Positions 43,337-53,435 of a DNA stretch of 64,000 nt are shown in pieces. The notes below the pieces were generated by a model. The model saw only the letters and a list, made by a program, of their open reading frames with translations. It made no database searches and was not told the DNA's origin. The stretch lies in assembly GCF_024502345.1 (NCBI RefSeq), contig NZ_JALDNN010000001.1. The stretch is one strand, 5' to 3'. Each line of letters starts with the position of its first letter. Position 1 is the stretch's first letter. This DNA is from Escherichia coli (GTDB taxonomy: Bacteria > Pseudomonadota > Gammaproteobacteria > Enterobacterales > Enterobacteriaceae). The position numbers and the translations under genes are program-made.

Positions 43337-43762
43337 CTAATGCCGGGTGACCCGAAGGCTGCGAAAAAACAGTCTTCCCGTTAGACGATGGCGGGTACGC
43401 TTGACATAAGCGGCGTCAACGAGTTCATCGGGTGGCAAATCACGGGTGATATTACAAATCGTCGCCAGTGCTGTATCGGAGAGTTTAAAACTCCGTGACA
43501 AGGCGTAGTAATCCCCGGTTTTTTGGTTACTGATGTTATCGAATAACGCTCTGAAGAAATCCGTCTGTGAAGGTCTGCGGGCGTTGATAATTGCCTCTGT
43601 CGCTTCATCCCTGAATGTTACCTCCACCTCTTCCATCCCCAGTGAGCGAATGATCCCGGCAATGTCAGGCCAGTAGCGAAGATCGAAACTGTTAAGTCGC
43701 TGCAATTCTGGCTTACAGAAGCAGCTGAAGATTGCGATGCCCTTGTATTGACCTGGACCCAA
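43337..43762 (-). CDS. hypothetical protein (141 aa)
   Basis: ORF only. Confidence 0.3.
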   Translation of the reverse strand: MGPGQYKGIAIFSCFCKPELQRLNSFDLRYWPDIAGIIRSLGMEEVEVTFRDEATEAIINARRPSQTDFFRALFDNISNQKTGDYYALSRSFKLSDTALATICNITRDLPPDELVDAAYVKRTRHRLTGRLFFRSLRVTRH

Positions 43763-45311
43763 AATAGGTTGTGGTTACCCTGAAAAGCAAATATTACCCC
43801 AGAGGGATGTATATACCCGGGGCAAGAGCCCCTGTACCAGTCCCTCATTGCTGTCATGATATTATTACCCCGTTCAATAAGCCCGATAAATAATCGTTAT
43901 CGGGACTACTGCTAAAACGCCCTGTAACGCATCAGGAGCGCCATATTCATACTAACCACAGATTTCCACTATCGTGTTATTCAATGCGCTTATGCAGGCT
44001 CACAGGAAGCTATGGCGGTATAAGACACTACAGCGCTCAATTACTTATTAAATAGCTTGCGGTGATTACCAGGATAATCACCCTATTCCACGTCACCTCA
44101 ATCGGGTTATTCTGTTTACGATACAATCATGACTATTATCACCAACACGGATAATGCCCCGTTTACAGTCGTTACCAATGGCCTTGTTTACACATATCAA
44201 AAAACTTTCAGGGATAACGGGTCACCGTAGTATCTGTAACTGACAGGTATTGTAAGCGTCAATATCAGGCAGACAGAGCAATACCGACAGGCTTACTACA
44301 GGTTAGTTCACTGACTGAGCATTTAACGCTCATCACTAATACGCAGACCAGTAATAAACCATTGATACTCACCTGCTGATTTTCAGGCATGACCATTCAC
44401 CCAAAACGTTACTGTTAACCAGTAACCACCCTGTCGTTATGATTATTAGATTACTGATGTTAATCATCTTCACTTTTATCCTGACGAGGACTAGTCAATG
44501 GTAATATCGACTCAATTCAATTCTGTTTTCTTAATGATAGATTTTTAATGAGTGCTAAACATTCAGGTTGTGACTACATTGAATGGTGTATTTCTTACCT
44601 GATGGCAATGATTGCTCAATGGATACCATCCAATAGTACTATCCCCTTAGTGAATACCTTCAGATAATAATACCTCCCAGGCATAACCCACTTACTGATA
44701 ACACATCATCGATTACTGTTACAAATGATAAGACCCCTTCTTTAATATATTAATACCAATCCAACACGCCAGGCATAACAATAGCTATGAAGATAACCAC
44801 GCCAGACAGCACTTACCTACAACAAACGCCTGCATCAGTTACTCTGGAATTATCTTTTTTCAATAACATGAAAATAGACACCACGTCATATCAAATAACC
44901 TCAATCAAATTAACCCCGTATCATCACTGCCCGCAGAAGCCCTCAATCCTGATTATGAGCAACAAAATGGAAATACCTCATGGCAGCCCGACCTGATACC
45001 AGAAATGCCCCCTGAAGCGAACCAGGCACCATGATGGGGATGAAAACGAAAGCATGCAGGAGAACAAGATAACCTATTGAGACGATACTCATCCAGTAAA
45101 CAGAGAAGCATCTGAGAGATAAACAAAGAAAATGACAACTTTAAAACCATGGTAAAACCTTGTCAAAACCAGTATAAATCAACAATAAAACCTCACGATG
45201 ACTACCAGATGTGTTTTTAAGTGACGATAAAACCATCATCGTGATACTGTGTAGCTACAACAATCACCACCATAACCACTACTATGTAGTTTACGATTAC
45301 AGGTATCCACA

Positions 45312-46280
45312 ATGGTTGTACATTACGACAATGGCAGACAACATCTTATAAAAACCCGTGACCTGAGAGTCTGTGCTTTTTATGCCGGGTGGCTGGGTGT
45401 TAATAAAATAATTAACACCCGTGACATTCCTCACCAGGATGCAGAAAGTTGTCGACAGGCACTCAACAAACTGATTAATCAGTTCATACCGAATGCAGAA
45501 CAGCGGGCAAGACTTTTTTCTGATATGGAAACAGCCCGTGATGAAAACATCCTTCCGCTGGAAAGTTTTGACTGGCTAGAACAGGATGAACGGGCAACAT
45601 TCTGGTTATGGGCGTATATTTGCAAGGCCGGAGACTACGAACTTGGTATTGACAAACCAGCAAATGCAGAGTTCGGAAAGAACTGGTATCAGCGAATGAA
45701 TCTGAGTGTATCTCCGACAAGCCACCAGGAAAGAATTAATATTATCATCTCTTTTTTCGACAACATTATTATTCCGACCCCACCGGTAAATCATCTCAAG
45801 CGCCAGGTCATGGACAGGCTGAAAGACCAGTGGAAAAATATTTACAGCAAACCAGCTCCGCTGAAATGGTTACCTAATGAAGAAGACGCGGTACTGTGGG
45901 CATGGAACAGCCTCAAATCGCTTCAGGAAGAAAGAAATGCGCCCACTATCGGGCTCTCATTAAATATTTCAACGCCAGGAATGAGTACCTGGTTTACCCC
46001 CCTGAGTCATTCTGAACGCAATTTAGCCCTGCGCACGGCGATCGACTTATGGGACGATGCACCGGATACAAAGCGTTTATTCCTTCTGAACCTGAATAAA
46101 GCCTGGAACCAGCAAAAATTACGTCAGTCCCGTACCGATAAAAAAGCACTCAATACGTACCTGAAGAACGAAACAAAAACTCGACTGGACTTTATGGCAG
46201 AACGTAGCGGAGTTCGCATCAGTGATATGCTGGAAATGCTGATTAATGACCATTACCGAAAAACCTGTGGTGGTGAGTGA
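45312..46280 (+). CDS. hypothetical protein (322 aa), orphan gene after a 1.5-kb AT-rich non-coding region
   Basis: Long ORF with normal amino-acid composition; no family recognised. Confidence 0.5.
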   Translation: MVVHYDNGRQHLIKTRDLRVCAFYAGWLGVNKIINTRDIPHQDAESCRQALNKLINQFIPNAEQRARLFSDMETARDENILPLESFDWLEQDERATFWLWAYICKAGDYELGIDKPANAEFGKNWYQRMNLSVSPTSHQERINIIISFFDNIIIPTPPVNHLKRQVMDRLKDQWKNIYSKPAPLKWLPNEEDAVLWAWNSLKSLQEERNAPTIGLSLNISTPGMSTWFTPLSHSERNLALRTAIDLWDDAPDTKRLFLLNLNKAWNQQKLRQSRTDKKALNTYLKNETKTRLDFMAERSGVRISDMLEMLINDHYRKTCGGE

Positions 46281-46629
46281 GGGCTTTGCGCTAAAAACAA
46301 GGTGAGCGGAGGCAGTAATACAGACCAGAAATGACATTCAAAATAATTTCAGACCTATATTACCGGTGTGAGAACGGCAGCAGAAGTGCTGCCGTTTTGT
46401 TATTTCACTCACGGAGGTTAATGTGTCCAGTAAGAACAAACGGGGTCCCGATACCCTGTTACCGTCGTTATTCCTTCTCCCGGGTCAACTGTCCCACAAA
46501 ATACCCGTGCGTATGCTTCTCGCGCTAAGTCACAGCTATGCTTTCTGTTCCGGTACCCAGGTCTCTCTGATACACGGTCCGCCAGCTCATGAAGGCGGCT
46601 ATTTATTGCCAGTAATAAGGGAGAAAGAA

Positions 46630-46926
46630 ATGCATTGTCCGAATTGCGGTTCGCAAAACATACGACTGCGCCATGTGGGTAAAAAGACGGGTGGGGTCAT
46701 TGGCGCAACAGCCGGAGGCATTGCCGGGCTTGAAGGAGCCTCCACCGGTGCGCTGATAGGTTCAGTCATTCCGGTTGTCGGTACGATAGCCGGAGGCCTC
46801 ATTGGTTTTCTGTCCGGCGCCTGTGCTGGTGCGGTGGCAGGCTCTCTGGCCGGAGAACAACTGGACGGTACCGTCTTTGATGAATACGGCTGCACGCAGT
46901 GCGAGCATATCTTCAGTGCACCGTAA
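46630..46926 (+). CDS. small zinc-ribbon / glycine-zipper membrane protein
   Basis: ORF 46423..46926 trimmed to MHCPNCGSQN (GGGAG RBS); CPNC...CTQC Cys pairs flanking a Gly-rich hydrophobic segment. Confidence 0.45.
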   Translation: MHCPNCGSQNIRLRHVGKKTGGVIGATAGGIAGLEGASTGALIGSVIPVVGTIAGGLIGFLSGACAGAVAGSLAGEQLDGTVFDEYGCTQCEHIFSAP

Positions 46927-47112
46927 CGTTAATAAGGGTCAGCCCATCCTGCACAAAGCCTGAGCCGCTGACCGTACTCGCTACGGCACGACTGATGACA
47001 GGGCGTGTCAGCATGCTGTCGTCATTTCAGCTACCTGGCACTAACCCTTTGTTAATTCTCCTGTTTACTGAAAGATGAATTTTACTTTTTCTTTTCCGCC
47101 ATTACGGGGGAT

Positions 47113-47127
47113 GGACATAACGTGTCC
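47113..47127. promoter_or_regulatory. palindrome GGACA-N5-TGTCC (copy 3 of 3), candidate operator
   Basis: GGACAtaacgTGTCC, 60 nt upstream of the ATG at 47188. Confidence 0.45.
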
Positions 47128-47187
47128 CTCCCCGCCCGCATAATAACCGCATGAAATATCAACCTATTTATCGCACACGGAGCGTCC

Positions 47188-47916
47188 ATGCAACGACCCG
47201 ATGAAGAGGCCCGCTACGACCGGCTGGCCGTCAGATTGTCGGTCATTATCAGCCGGTTAATGGCCGGAGAAACGCTGACCCTTCAGACACTGTCCGGTGA
47301 GTTTGGTGTATCGATACGCACCCTGCGTCGTGACTTACATCAACGGCTGGTCCACCTCGACATTATCGGGGAGAACGGCACGTATCGGCTCAGTGAGAGC
47401 GCCACGCGTGATCACTCTCCGGGGGCCGTTTCCTTTGCCCGCAGTACCGGTATCGCACGCATTATCCCGTCGCAGAACCGGCAACTGATGCACCTGCTGA
47501 TGAATGAAACGGGCACCTCACCCTGCTTTATCTGGCACGACTTACCGCCAGCATGGACACAGGCTGACAGTTTTCATCGTCTGGCCGAAGCCATTTGTCA
47601 TCACCGGGTGGTCAGTCTGCTGGTCGGCGGTGTCCGTCACGATGAGCAGGAGCCTTACCGCCTGATTTACCGGCATCAGCACTGGTATCTGGTCGTCTGT
47701 TGCCGGGGGAGCCTTCGGGTGTTCCGGCTGGAAGACATTATCTCGGCCTCACTCTCAGAGCAAACCTTCCGTCGCCGGAGCGAAATCAGTTCGCTCATTA
47801 CTGAAGAGGGATTTATCAGCGCACTGCCCCACTTTCGCTTTATCAGTGATGTCATTCACACCTTCAGGGAACAACACCCTGAACATCCATCCAGACCCAA
47901 AGGAGTCAAATCGTGA
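47188..47916 (+). CDS. HTH transcriptional regulator, YfjR-like (second copy)
   Basis: RLAVRLSVIISRLMAGETLTLQTLSGEFGVSIRTLRRDLH; paralog of ORF 4249..4962; stop overlaps the next start. Confidence 0.6.
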   Translation: MQRPDEEARYDRLAVRLSVIISRLMAGETLTLQTLSGEFGVSIRTLRRDLHQRLVHLDIIGENGTYRLSESATRDHSPGAVSFARSTGIARIIPSQNRQLMHLLMNETGTSPCFIWHDLPPAWTQADSFHRLAEAICHHRVVSLLVGGVRHDEQEPYRLIYRHQHWYLVVCCRGSLRVFRLEDIISASLSEQTFRRRSEISSLITEEGFISALPHFRFISDVIHTFREQHPEHPSRPKGVKS

Positions 47917-48179
47917 AACCTGTCGAAGGCCCTCTGCTGCTCTTCACCCTGATGTTGTCTGCCGTAACCCTGAGCGGCTGTGGCGACAAAAATGAACGCG
48001 AGTTTATCCGGGGATGCAAATCAGGCGGCGGTACTACCGCCGTCTGCGGATGTATCCGGGATGACCTCAAAACGAAATATACGCACGGGGAGCTGGAGAA
48101 AATGAACCAGCAATACGGTTATGTCCCCCCGCGCTTCATGGACAACATGCTGAGCGCTGCTCAGCAGTGCAGAAAATAA
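47913..48179 (+). CDS. small lipoprotein
   Basis: Signal peptide with lipobox LSGC (MKPVEGPLLLFTLMLSAVTLSGCGD...). Confidence 0.55.
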   Translation: MKPVEGPLLLFTLMLSAVTLSGCGDKNEREFIRGCKSGGGTTAVCGCIRDDLKTKYTHGELEKMNQQYGYVPPRFMDNMLSAAQQCRK

Positions 48180-48191
48180 GGAAATCTGAAC

Positions 48192-48503
48192 ATGGCGCTT
48201 GTCATTAAATATTTCGCGATTGCCTTCGCCATCGCGCTTGTGGTCGTGCTGTTTAACGTGTTCGGGAGTACCGGCGAGATACGCAGTTTTGGTCAGGGAA
48301 TGGAATATCTGTTCTGGATGACGCTTGGGCCCGGAGCCGGTATGACGGTCGGTGCTGCTCTTCGACAATGGCTGATGCCGGATGCGGTATACACCCGCGA
48401 AGGAATGACCGGATTACTCAAGGCCCGTCTGTTCTGGCTTGTGGGCCCACAGTATATCGGCTGGCTGGCCGGACTTATCGTCGTGGGTAAACAACTCATG
48501 TAA
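48192..48503 (+). CDS. small membrane protein
   Basis: Three hydrophobic segments; ORF only. Confidence 0.45.
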   Translation: MALVIKYFAIAFAIALVVVLFNVFGSTGEIRSFGQGMEYLFWMTLGPGAGMTVGAALRQWLMPDAVYTREGMTGLLKARLFWLVGPQYIGWLAGLIVVGKQLM

Positions 48504-48549
48504 CACGGCTGCCCCCCAACAACATTTTTGACTGAGAAGGAAAAATACC

Positions 48550-49020
48550 ATGCGATTCATGCACGCCATCCTGTCAGCAGGATTACTGACCTTTGCCATC
48601 ACGGCACAGGCGGTCCCCAATATGTGGAGCAGTGGCTTCGGTATGGGCGTCACCGAGTACATCATCACCAGCCCGGAAAACGTGATGATGAACCTGAACT
48701 GCACCGGCAACCCTGACGACCAGAATATCCTGCAGCATCACGTCATGCTCACCCTGCCTGACGGCAGCGGTGCCGATTCACAGGATGAGAAAACCGCCAT
48801 CACCGTCGTCACGGATGACCAGACGTTCCCCCTGCCGTCCTCTCTGGGCTGGCGTAACGGCGACAACGCCTGGCTGTCGTTCATTGATGCCATCAGAAAA
48901 GCAACGTCGTTTGAGATTTACGTCAACGACAAACAGGTGGGGCACTTTACCCCTTCGGCTGGAAACGTTCACAAGGTTCTGGCTGATATGCCCGAATGCA
49001 CGACACTGACCGCCGGGTAA
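48550..49020 (+). CDS. secreted protein of unknown function
   Basis: Signal peptide MRFMHAILSAGLLTFAITAQA. Confidence 0.5.
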   Translation: MRFMHAILSAGLLTFAITAQAVPNMWSSGFGMGVTEYIITSPENVMMNLNCTGNPDDQNILQHHVMLTLPDGSGADSQDEKTAITVVTDDQTFPLPSSLGWRNGDNAWLSFIDAIRKATSFEIYVNDKQVGHFTPSAGNVHKVLADMPECTTLTAG

Positions 49021-49068
49021 CCCGGCGCATCCCCGGTTTACAGCAAAATCAATCAAGGACAATACGAT

Positions 49069-49581
49069 ATGACCGACATTTCGACACTCAGCCAGCGACT
49101 GACGACGCCAACCCTGCATTTTGTTCTACTCACCGTCGCCACCTGCGGCATCTGGCCGTTACTGTGGCTGTACCGAAAACAGCAGATTATCAGCGACACC
49201 ACCGGATATCCGGTTTGCGGCAATCTGTTTATCATCTGGCTCGCCGTCTGTTTTGGGCTCGGACGACAGTTCGGCGTGATGGCCTCACCGGACCTGGCGG
49301 GCTACTACACGGGCAGCGATACACTGTTGGCCTTAAGCGGCATTCTGTCGCTCACCTGCGGCGTGATGTACATCGTCTGGGCCTTTAAGGCCAGAGCAGC
49401 ACTGCGACACTATGCGCTGAACACCTTCCGGTTTGACCTGAAGATGAATGCGTTTTATACCGTGGTGCTCAACGTCTTCTACATTACATACTGCATCAAC
49501 GATATGCCGCAGGCACTGGCGAAGCACCGCATTATTCATGGTCAGGCCCCTGTGCCGCCGGAGTCTCCGTCACCGCAGTAA
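49069..49581 (+). CDS. membrane protein of unknown function
   Basis: Four predicted TM segments; ORF only. Confidence 0.45.
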   Translation: MTDISTLSQRLTTPTLHFVLLTVATCGIWPLLWLYRKQQIISDTTGYPVCGNLFIIWLAVCFGLGRQFGVMASPDLAGYYTGSDTLLALSGILSLTCGVMYIVWAFKARAALRHYALNTFRFDLKMNAFYTVVLNVFYITYCINDMPQALAKHRIIHGQAPVPPESPSPQ

Positions 49582-49663
49582 CGCAGCTCTCCTCTTATTA
49601 TCCGGCCGGGGCATTCCTGTGTGCCCCAGATTCATCCGGATCCCCCCTCTGAGATTTGACCCA

Positions 49664-49885
49664 ATGACATTACTGAAAATCGTGCTCAACACCCTGCGTC
49701 AGGTGCTGACGTGGTGCGCCAGCAGCCGGGCGCAGCAGTTTGTGGAAGACCACTTCCGCGAAGAAGGCTATGACGAAGACAGTATTTACATCGCCAGACA
49801 GGCGGCAACCCTGCTCGCAGGTGCCTTAATCACAGCGCTCATGGAACAGATACTGCAGCTTATTGCCACACACTTAACCCACTGA
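49664..49885 (+). CDS. hypothetical small protein
   Basis: ORF 49448..49885 trimmed to MTLLKIV...; weak RBS. Confidence 0.25.
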   Translation: MTLLKIVLNTLRQVLTWCASSRAQQFVEDHFREEGYDEDSIYIARQAATLLAGALITALMEQILQLIATHLTH

Positions 49886-49940
49886 TGCCCTGCTCACTGA
49901 GCGGGGCATTTTGTTTTATGCCATTCATCAGGAACTGAAT

Positions 49941-50174
49941 ATGCAAGTCACTGACGATACGTCGTTACCGCCAGGGCAATTCACCCGCCGACAGGCTGAA
50001 GCCGTGGTCACGCTTTACCACAACGTCACTATAGAAGATGACCAGGGTACGCACTTTCGGCTGGTTATTCGCGACAGCGAGGGGACGTTAATCTGGCGGG
50101 CCTGGAATTTTGAAGCCAGTGCCGGGGAATGGCTTAACCGCTATCTGCTCAGCCACGGGATCCCCAAACACTGA
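49941..50174 (+). CDS. hypothetical small protein
   Basis: ORF 49911..50174 trimmed to MQVTDDT.... Confidence 0.3.
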   Translation: MQVTDDTSLPPGQFTRRQAEAVVTLYHNVTIEDDQGTHFRLVIRDSEGTLIWRAWNFEASAGEWLNRYLLSHGIPKH

Positions 50175-50277
50175 CACACCACAGCTTAACCCAATAGCGA
50201 CCACACAAAAAAGCCATGCTCCCACAGGAGCATGGCTGTTTTGTTTATGCCGTTAAATCAACAATAAGGAATTTACC

Positions 50278-50673
50278 ATGAGACTAGCCAGCCGCTTTGG
50301 ACGGACAAACCAGATCCGTCGCGATCGTCCGTTAACCCGCGAAGAACTGATGCAGGTCGTTCCCAGCGTATTCAGTGCAGATCGCCACGGTTCCAGGAGC
50401 GAAAAATACGCTTACATACCCACCATTACTCTGCTCGAAAATCTTCAACGCGAAGGCTTTGAACCCTTCTTCGCCTGCCAGTCACGCGTACGCGACCCTG
50501 ACCGCCGGGAGCACACCAAACATCTGCTGCGCCATCTTTGTAGACCGGAGAATGATGTTTGGATGAAAGCGAGTTTTGGTACCCTCATCATTGAGGGTAC
50601 CAACAGCAAAATACTCGGCGAATGCTATTGTCTAAGCACAGCGCCAAGCCTTAGCGGCACGAATAGTTGTTAA
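50278..50673 (+). CDS. DUF932-like (YfjQ-like) protein, probably 3'-truncated
   Basis: MRLASRFGRTNQIRRDRPLTREELMQVVPSVF... resembles N-termini of CP4-prophage DUF932 proteins as I recall them; ORF ends 2 bp before the convergent res gene. Confidence 0.35.
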   Translation: MRLASRFGRTNQIRRDRPLTREELMQVVPSVFSADRHGSRSEKYAYIPTITLLENLQREGFEPFFACQSRVRDPDRREHTKHLLRHLCRPENDVWMKASFGTLIIEGTNSKILGECYCLSTAPSLSGTNSC

Positions 50674-50675
50674 CC

Positions 50676-53414
50676 TTACTCAGCTTTAGCAAACTGCTGG
50701 GTGAAGTAAGCCAATGAATTAGCTTCTTTTACGGCATCATGCGGAATGAGTAAGTATTTCCAAGGTTTGCCACCGTGCTGTGCAAGGTATTCACTGGCAT
50801 GACTACACCATTTCACACCACTGCGGGCTTTTTCGGTGACTTCCTCATTCCAACTGCCGTCTTGGTTTTGATGTTGAGTACTTTTAGTTTCAATCATCAA
50901 TACATAGTCGGCGGTTTCAGCAACGAAATCCGGCACGTATTCAGGATGCTCGCTACCGCGTTTGTAGTACATCTTGAATTGGCCTTTGGCAGGCTTAAAC
51001 CACTTCTCGCAGTCGCGTTCTAAAATCACCGCAAAACGGCGCTCAGTGTCTGAATCAAACTTTTGCAATGGGTATAGACAACGGCTAAAGCCGCCAAAGA
51101 GCATTTGTTTGATGCGACTGACATCGCGTACTGTATCACGGTAGCTTTGCACCGGCTGGTCTTGCGCTATGGTGTAAGCGCAGTCACGTAAGGTACTAAA
51201 GCCACTGCGTACATCGACGACGTACTCGGTTGCTTCTTCAAAGAAGTGGTTGTTCAGTTGCGCATGAATTAACTTCGCAATCGCATCACTCTGGTTTTGC
51301 AGAATGTTCTCAACCACATCGTCGTCGTTTTCAGCGGCCAGTGTATTGACAGCTTGAGTGGCTAGGTCAAACAAAAGTTCAGCTTGCTCGTCGTAAGGAA
51401 TATCGTCGTAATCGAACAGCTTCTTCAAAATATAGTTTTGTTTCACCGGCTCGTAGTTGCCCGAATCGCCTTCGCCACGAATGGTTTGGTGATTGTCTTG
51501 CAGGCTTTGTTGAATCAGAGTTCGGTCGATAGGTTTTAAACCTTTAATGGCAGCAATGTCCAAATCGAACGGGTGATAGCCGGTACGTACTTCACCTGAT
51601 GGTGAAACAATAATACGCGGAATATCTATGGTGTTATCCACCGTGAGCTGGGTGACTTGCTCAACAATCGCCGCAATATCCACCGATTCTTCAGTAAATA
51701 GCTCCCGTTGCTCTTGGGTTAACTGAGCTTTTACTTGTTCGGTGATCTGTGCTTTTACCTCAGTCGTTAACAATGCTTTGCTGGTCGGCGCATCGGTAGG
51801 GCGTGTTTGATATTGCTTGATCACGTCCAATGCAGCGCGGGCAACGGTTTGTTGGTTAGGCGTGGTATAAGTGGCTTTAGGTTCTTGTACCTCACGGTTA
51901 CCGTCTGCACCGGTTGCGGTTACACCTGAACCAGTCAGTTGCTGCTCTAGGTTCGATTTAACCTGCACACTTTGTTTGGTTACATCGTCTTCTGGGCGAT
52001 CTAATACGCGTGTTTTCAGGCGCAGTGGGTTATTCGGGTCGTTAGCCTCATCAACAATTTCTTGGAATTTGTCGTGCGCAACAATGCTCAGCGTATCGAC
52101 GGCTTCAACACCTGTACGTTTGCCATAAGGTAAACGCAAACCACGGCCAATTGACTGTTCAATTAGGGTTCTGGCGTTGGCTGCACGTAGTGGCACAATG
52201 GTGTACAGGTTAGTAACGTCCCAACCTTCTTTCAGCATGTTAACGTGAATGACGATCTCGGTTGGCTCATCGACATGCTCAACATTGAGCAGTGCTTGAA
52301 TAGTTTCTTCTTCTTTTTTACTGCTATCCACTTGAATGACTTTGCCACGGTAGCGGCCGTCAAACACTGTTTCAAGTTTGGTTAAAAGCTCTGCTGCATG
52401 CGTGGTATCACGGGCAATCACCAACATAAAAGGCTTAACTAACTTAGCATCGTTTTCATGTGCATAAGTGATTAAATCCACCTTGGTTTGCTCATGTAAA
52501 CGAATACCGTCCATTAACTTAATGGTTTCTAGTTCGTCTTTATCATATTGGCTGGCATCAAAGTTACGCTGAGTAACAACGGCAGGCTCTTTAACAAAAC
52601 CATCATCCATGGCACAGGCCAATGGGTAATCAATCACCACATTTTTAAAGTGCACAGGGCCACGACTTGATTCGGTAAATGGTGTGGCCGTTAGCTCTAA
52701 TGCGAATAGTGGATTAAGCTCATTGAGCGCACGCATACCGGCATCGGCACGATAGCGATGCGATTCGTCCATCAGCAGCACTAAGTCAGGTAAGTTCGAT
52801 AGATACTCAAAGTAGCTTTCGCCTAGGGTTTCCGCTAAACGCTTAATACGCGGGGCTTTGCCTCCACGTACTTCGGTGTTAATTTTCGCGATGTTAAACA
52901 CATTGATCCGAACCGAACCAAATAGATCGCCCATGACTTGTGCGCCGCGGCTCTCATAGTTATCACCGGTGATCACTTCTGGCGGTGCTAGCACAAAATC
53001 GGTAATGCCTTTAAACACGTACTTCGGTGAGGCGGGCGAGAAATCGCTGATCAGCTTTTCATAAATAGTCAGGTTAGGTGCCAACACAAAATAATTGCGA
53101 ATGCCATGTACCTGATACAAATAGGTAATAAACGCCCCCATCAAACGGGTTTTACCTACACCTGTTGCCAAGGCAAAACACAGTGAAGGAAAGTCACGTT
53201 CAAAATCGCTGAGCTTAGGAAACTGCGCTTTTAAGGTTTCTAATAGCTCCGGCACATCGCGTTTTGGGTTCAGTAGTTTGTGCTCAGAAGCACTAATCGC
53301 CACTGCCAACGCACGCAGCGAATCTTGCTGCGGCTGGCGTAAGCTTAAACGGCCAATAATATTATTAATGGCACGTAATTGGTCGGGTTTTAAGCTTGAT
53401 AAATCCATGGTCAT
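50676..53414 (-). CDS. type III-like restriction enzyme Res subunit (SF2 helicase plus C-terminal PD-(D/E)xK nuclease)
   Basis: 912 aa; Walker A LATGVGKTRLM; DEAH-like motif LVLLMDESHR; C-terminal ...YVPDFVAETADYVLMIETK... reads as a PD-(D/E)xK core. Confidence 0.75.
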   Translation of the reverse strand: MTMDLSSLKPDQLRAINNIIGRLSLRQPQQDSLRALAVAISASEHKLLNPKRDVPELLETLKAQFPKLSDFERDFPSLCFALATGVGKTRLMGAFITYLYQVHGIRNYFVLAPNLTIYEKLISDFSPASPKYVFKGITDFVLAPPEVITGDNYESRGAQVMGDLFGSVRINVFNIAKINTEVRGGKAPRIKRLAETLGESYFEYLSNLPDLVLLMDESHRYRADAGMRALNELNPLFALELTATPFTESSRGPVHFKNVVIDYPLACAMDDGFVKEPAVVTQRNFDASQYDKDELETIKLMDGIRLHEQTKVDLITYAHENDAKLVKPFMLVIARDTTHAAELLTKLETVFDGRYRGKVIQVDSSKKEEETIQALLNVEHVDEPTEIVIHVNMLKEGWDVTNLYTIVPLRAANARTLIEQSIGRGLRLPYGKRTGVEAVDTLSIVAHDKFQEIVDEANDPNNPLRLKTRVLDRPEDDVTKQSVQVKSNLEQQLTGSGVTATGADGNREVQEPKATYTTPNQQTVARAALDVIKQYQTRPTDAPTSKALLTTEVKAQITEQVKAQLTQEQRELFTEESVDIAAIVEQVTQLTVDNTIDIPRIIVSPSGEVRTGYHPFDLDIAAIKGLKPIDRTLIQQSLQDNHQTIRGEGDSGNYEPVKQNYILKKLFDYDDIPYDEQAELLFDLATQAVNTLAAENDDDVVENILQNQSDAIAKLIHAQLNNHFFEEATEYVVDVRSGFSTLRDCAYTIAQDQPVQSYRDTVRDVSRIKQMLFGGFSRCLYPLQKFDSDTERRFAVILERDCEKWFKPAKGQFKMYYKRGSEHPEYVPDFVAETADYVLMIETKSTQHQNQDGSWNEEVTEKARSGVKWCSHASEYLAQHGGKPWKYLLIPHDAVKEANSLAYFTQQFAKAE

Positions 53415-53435
53415 TATAATTATCCTTATTAACCG

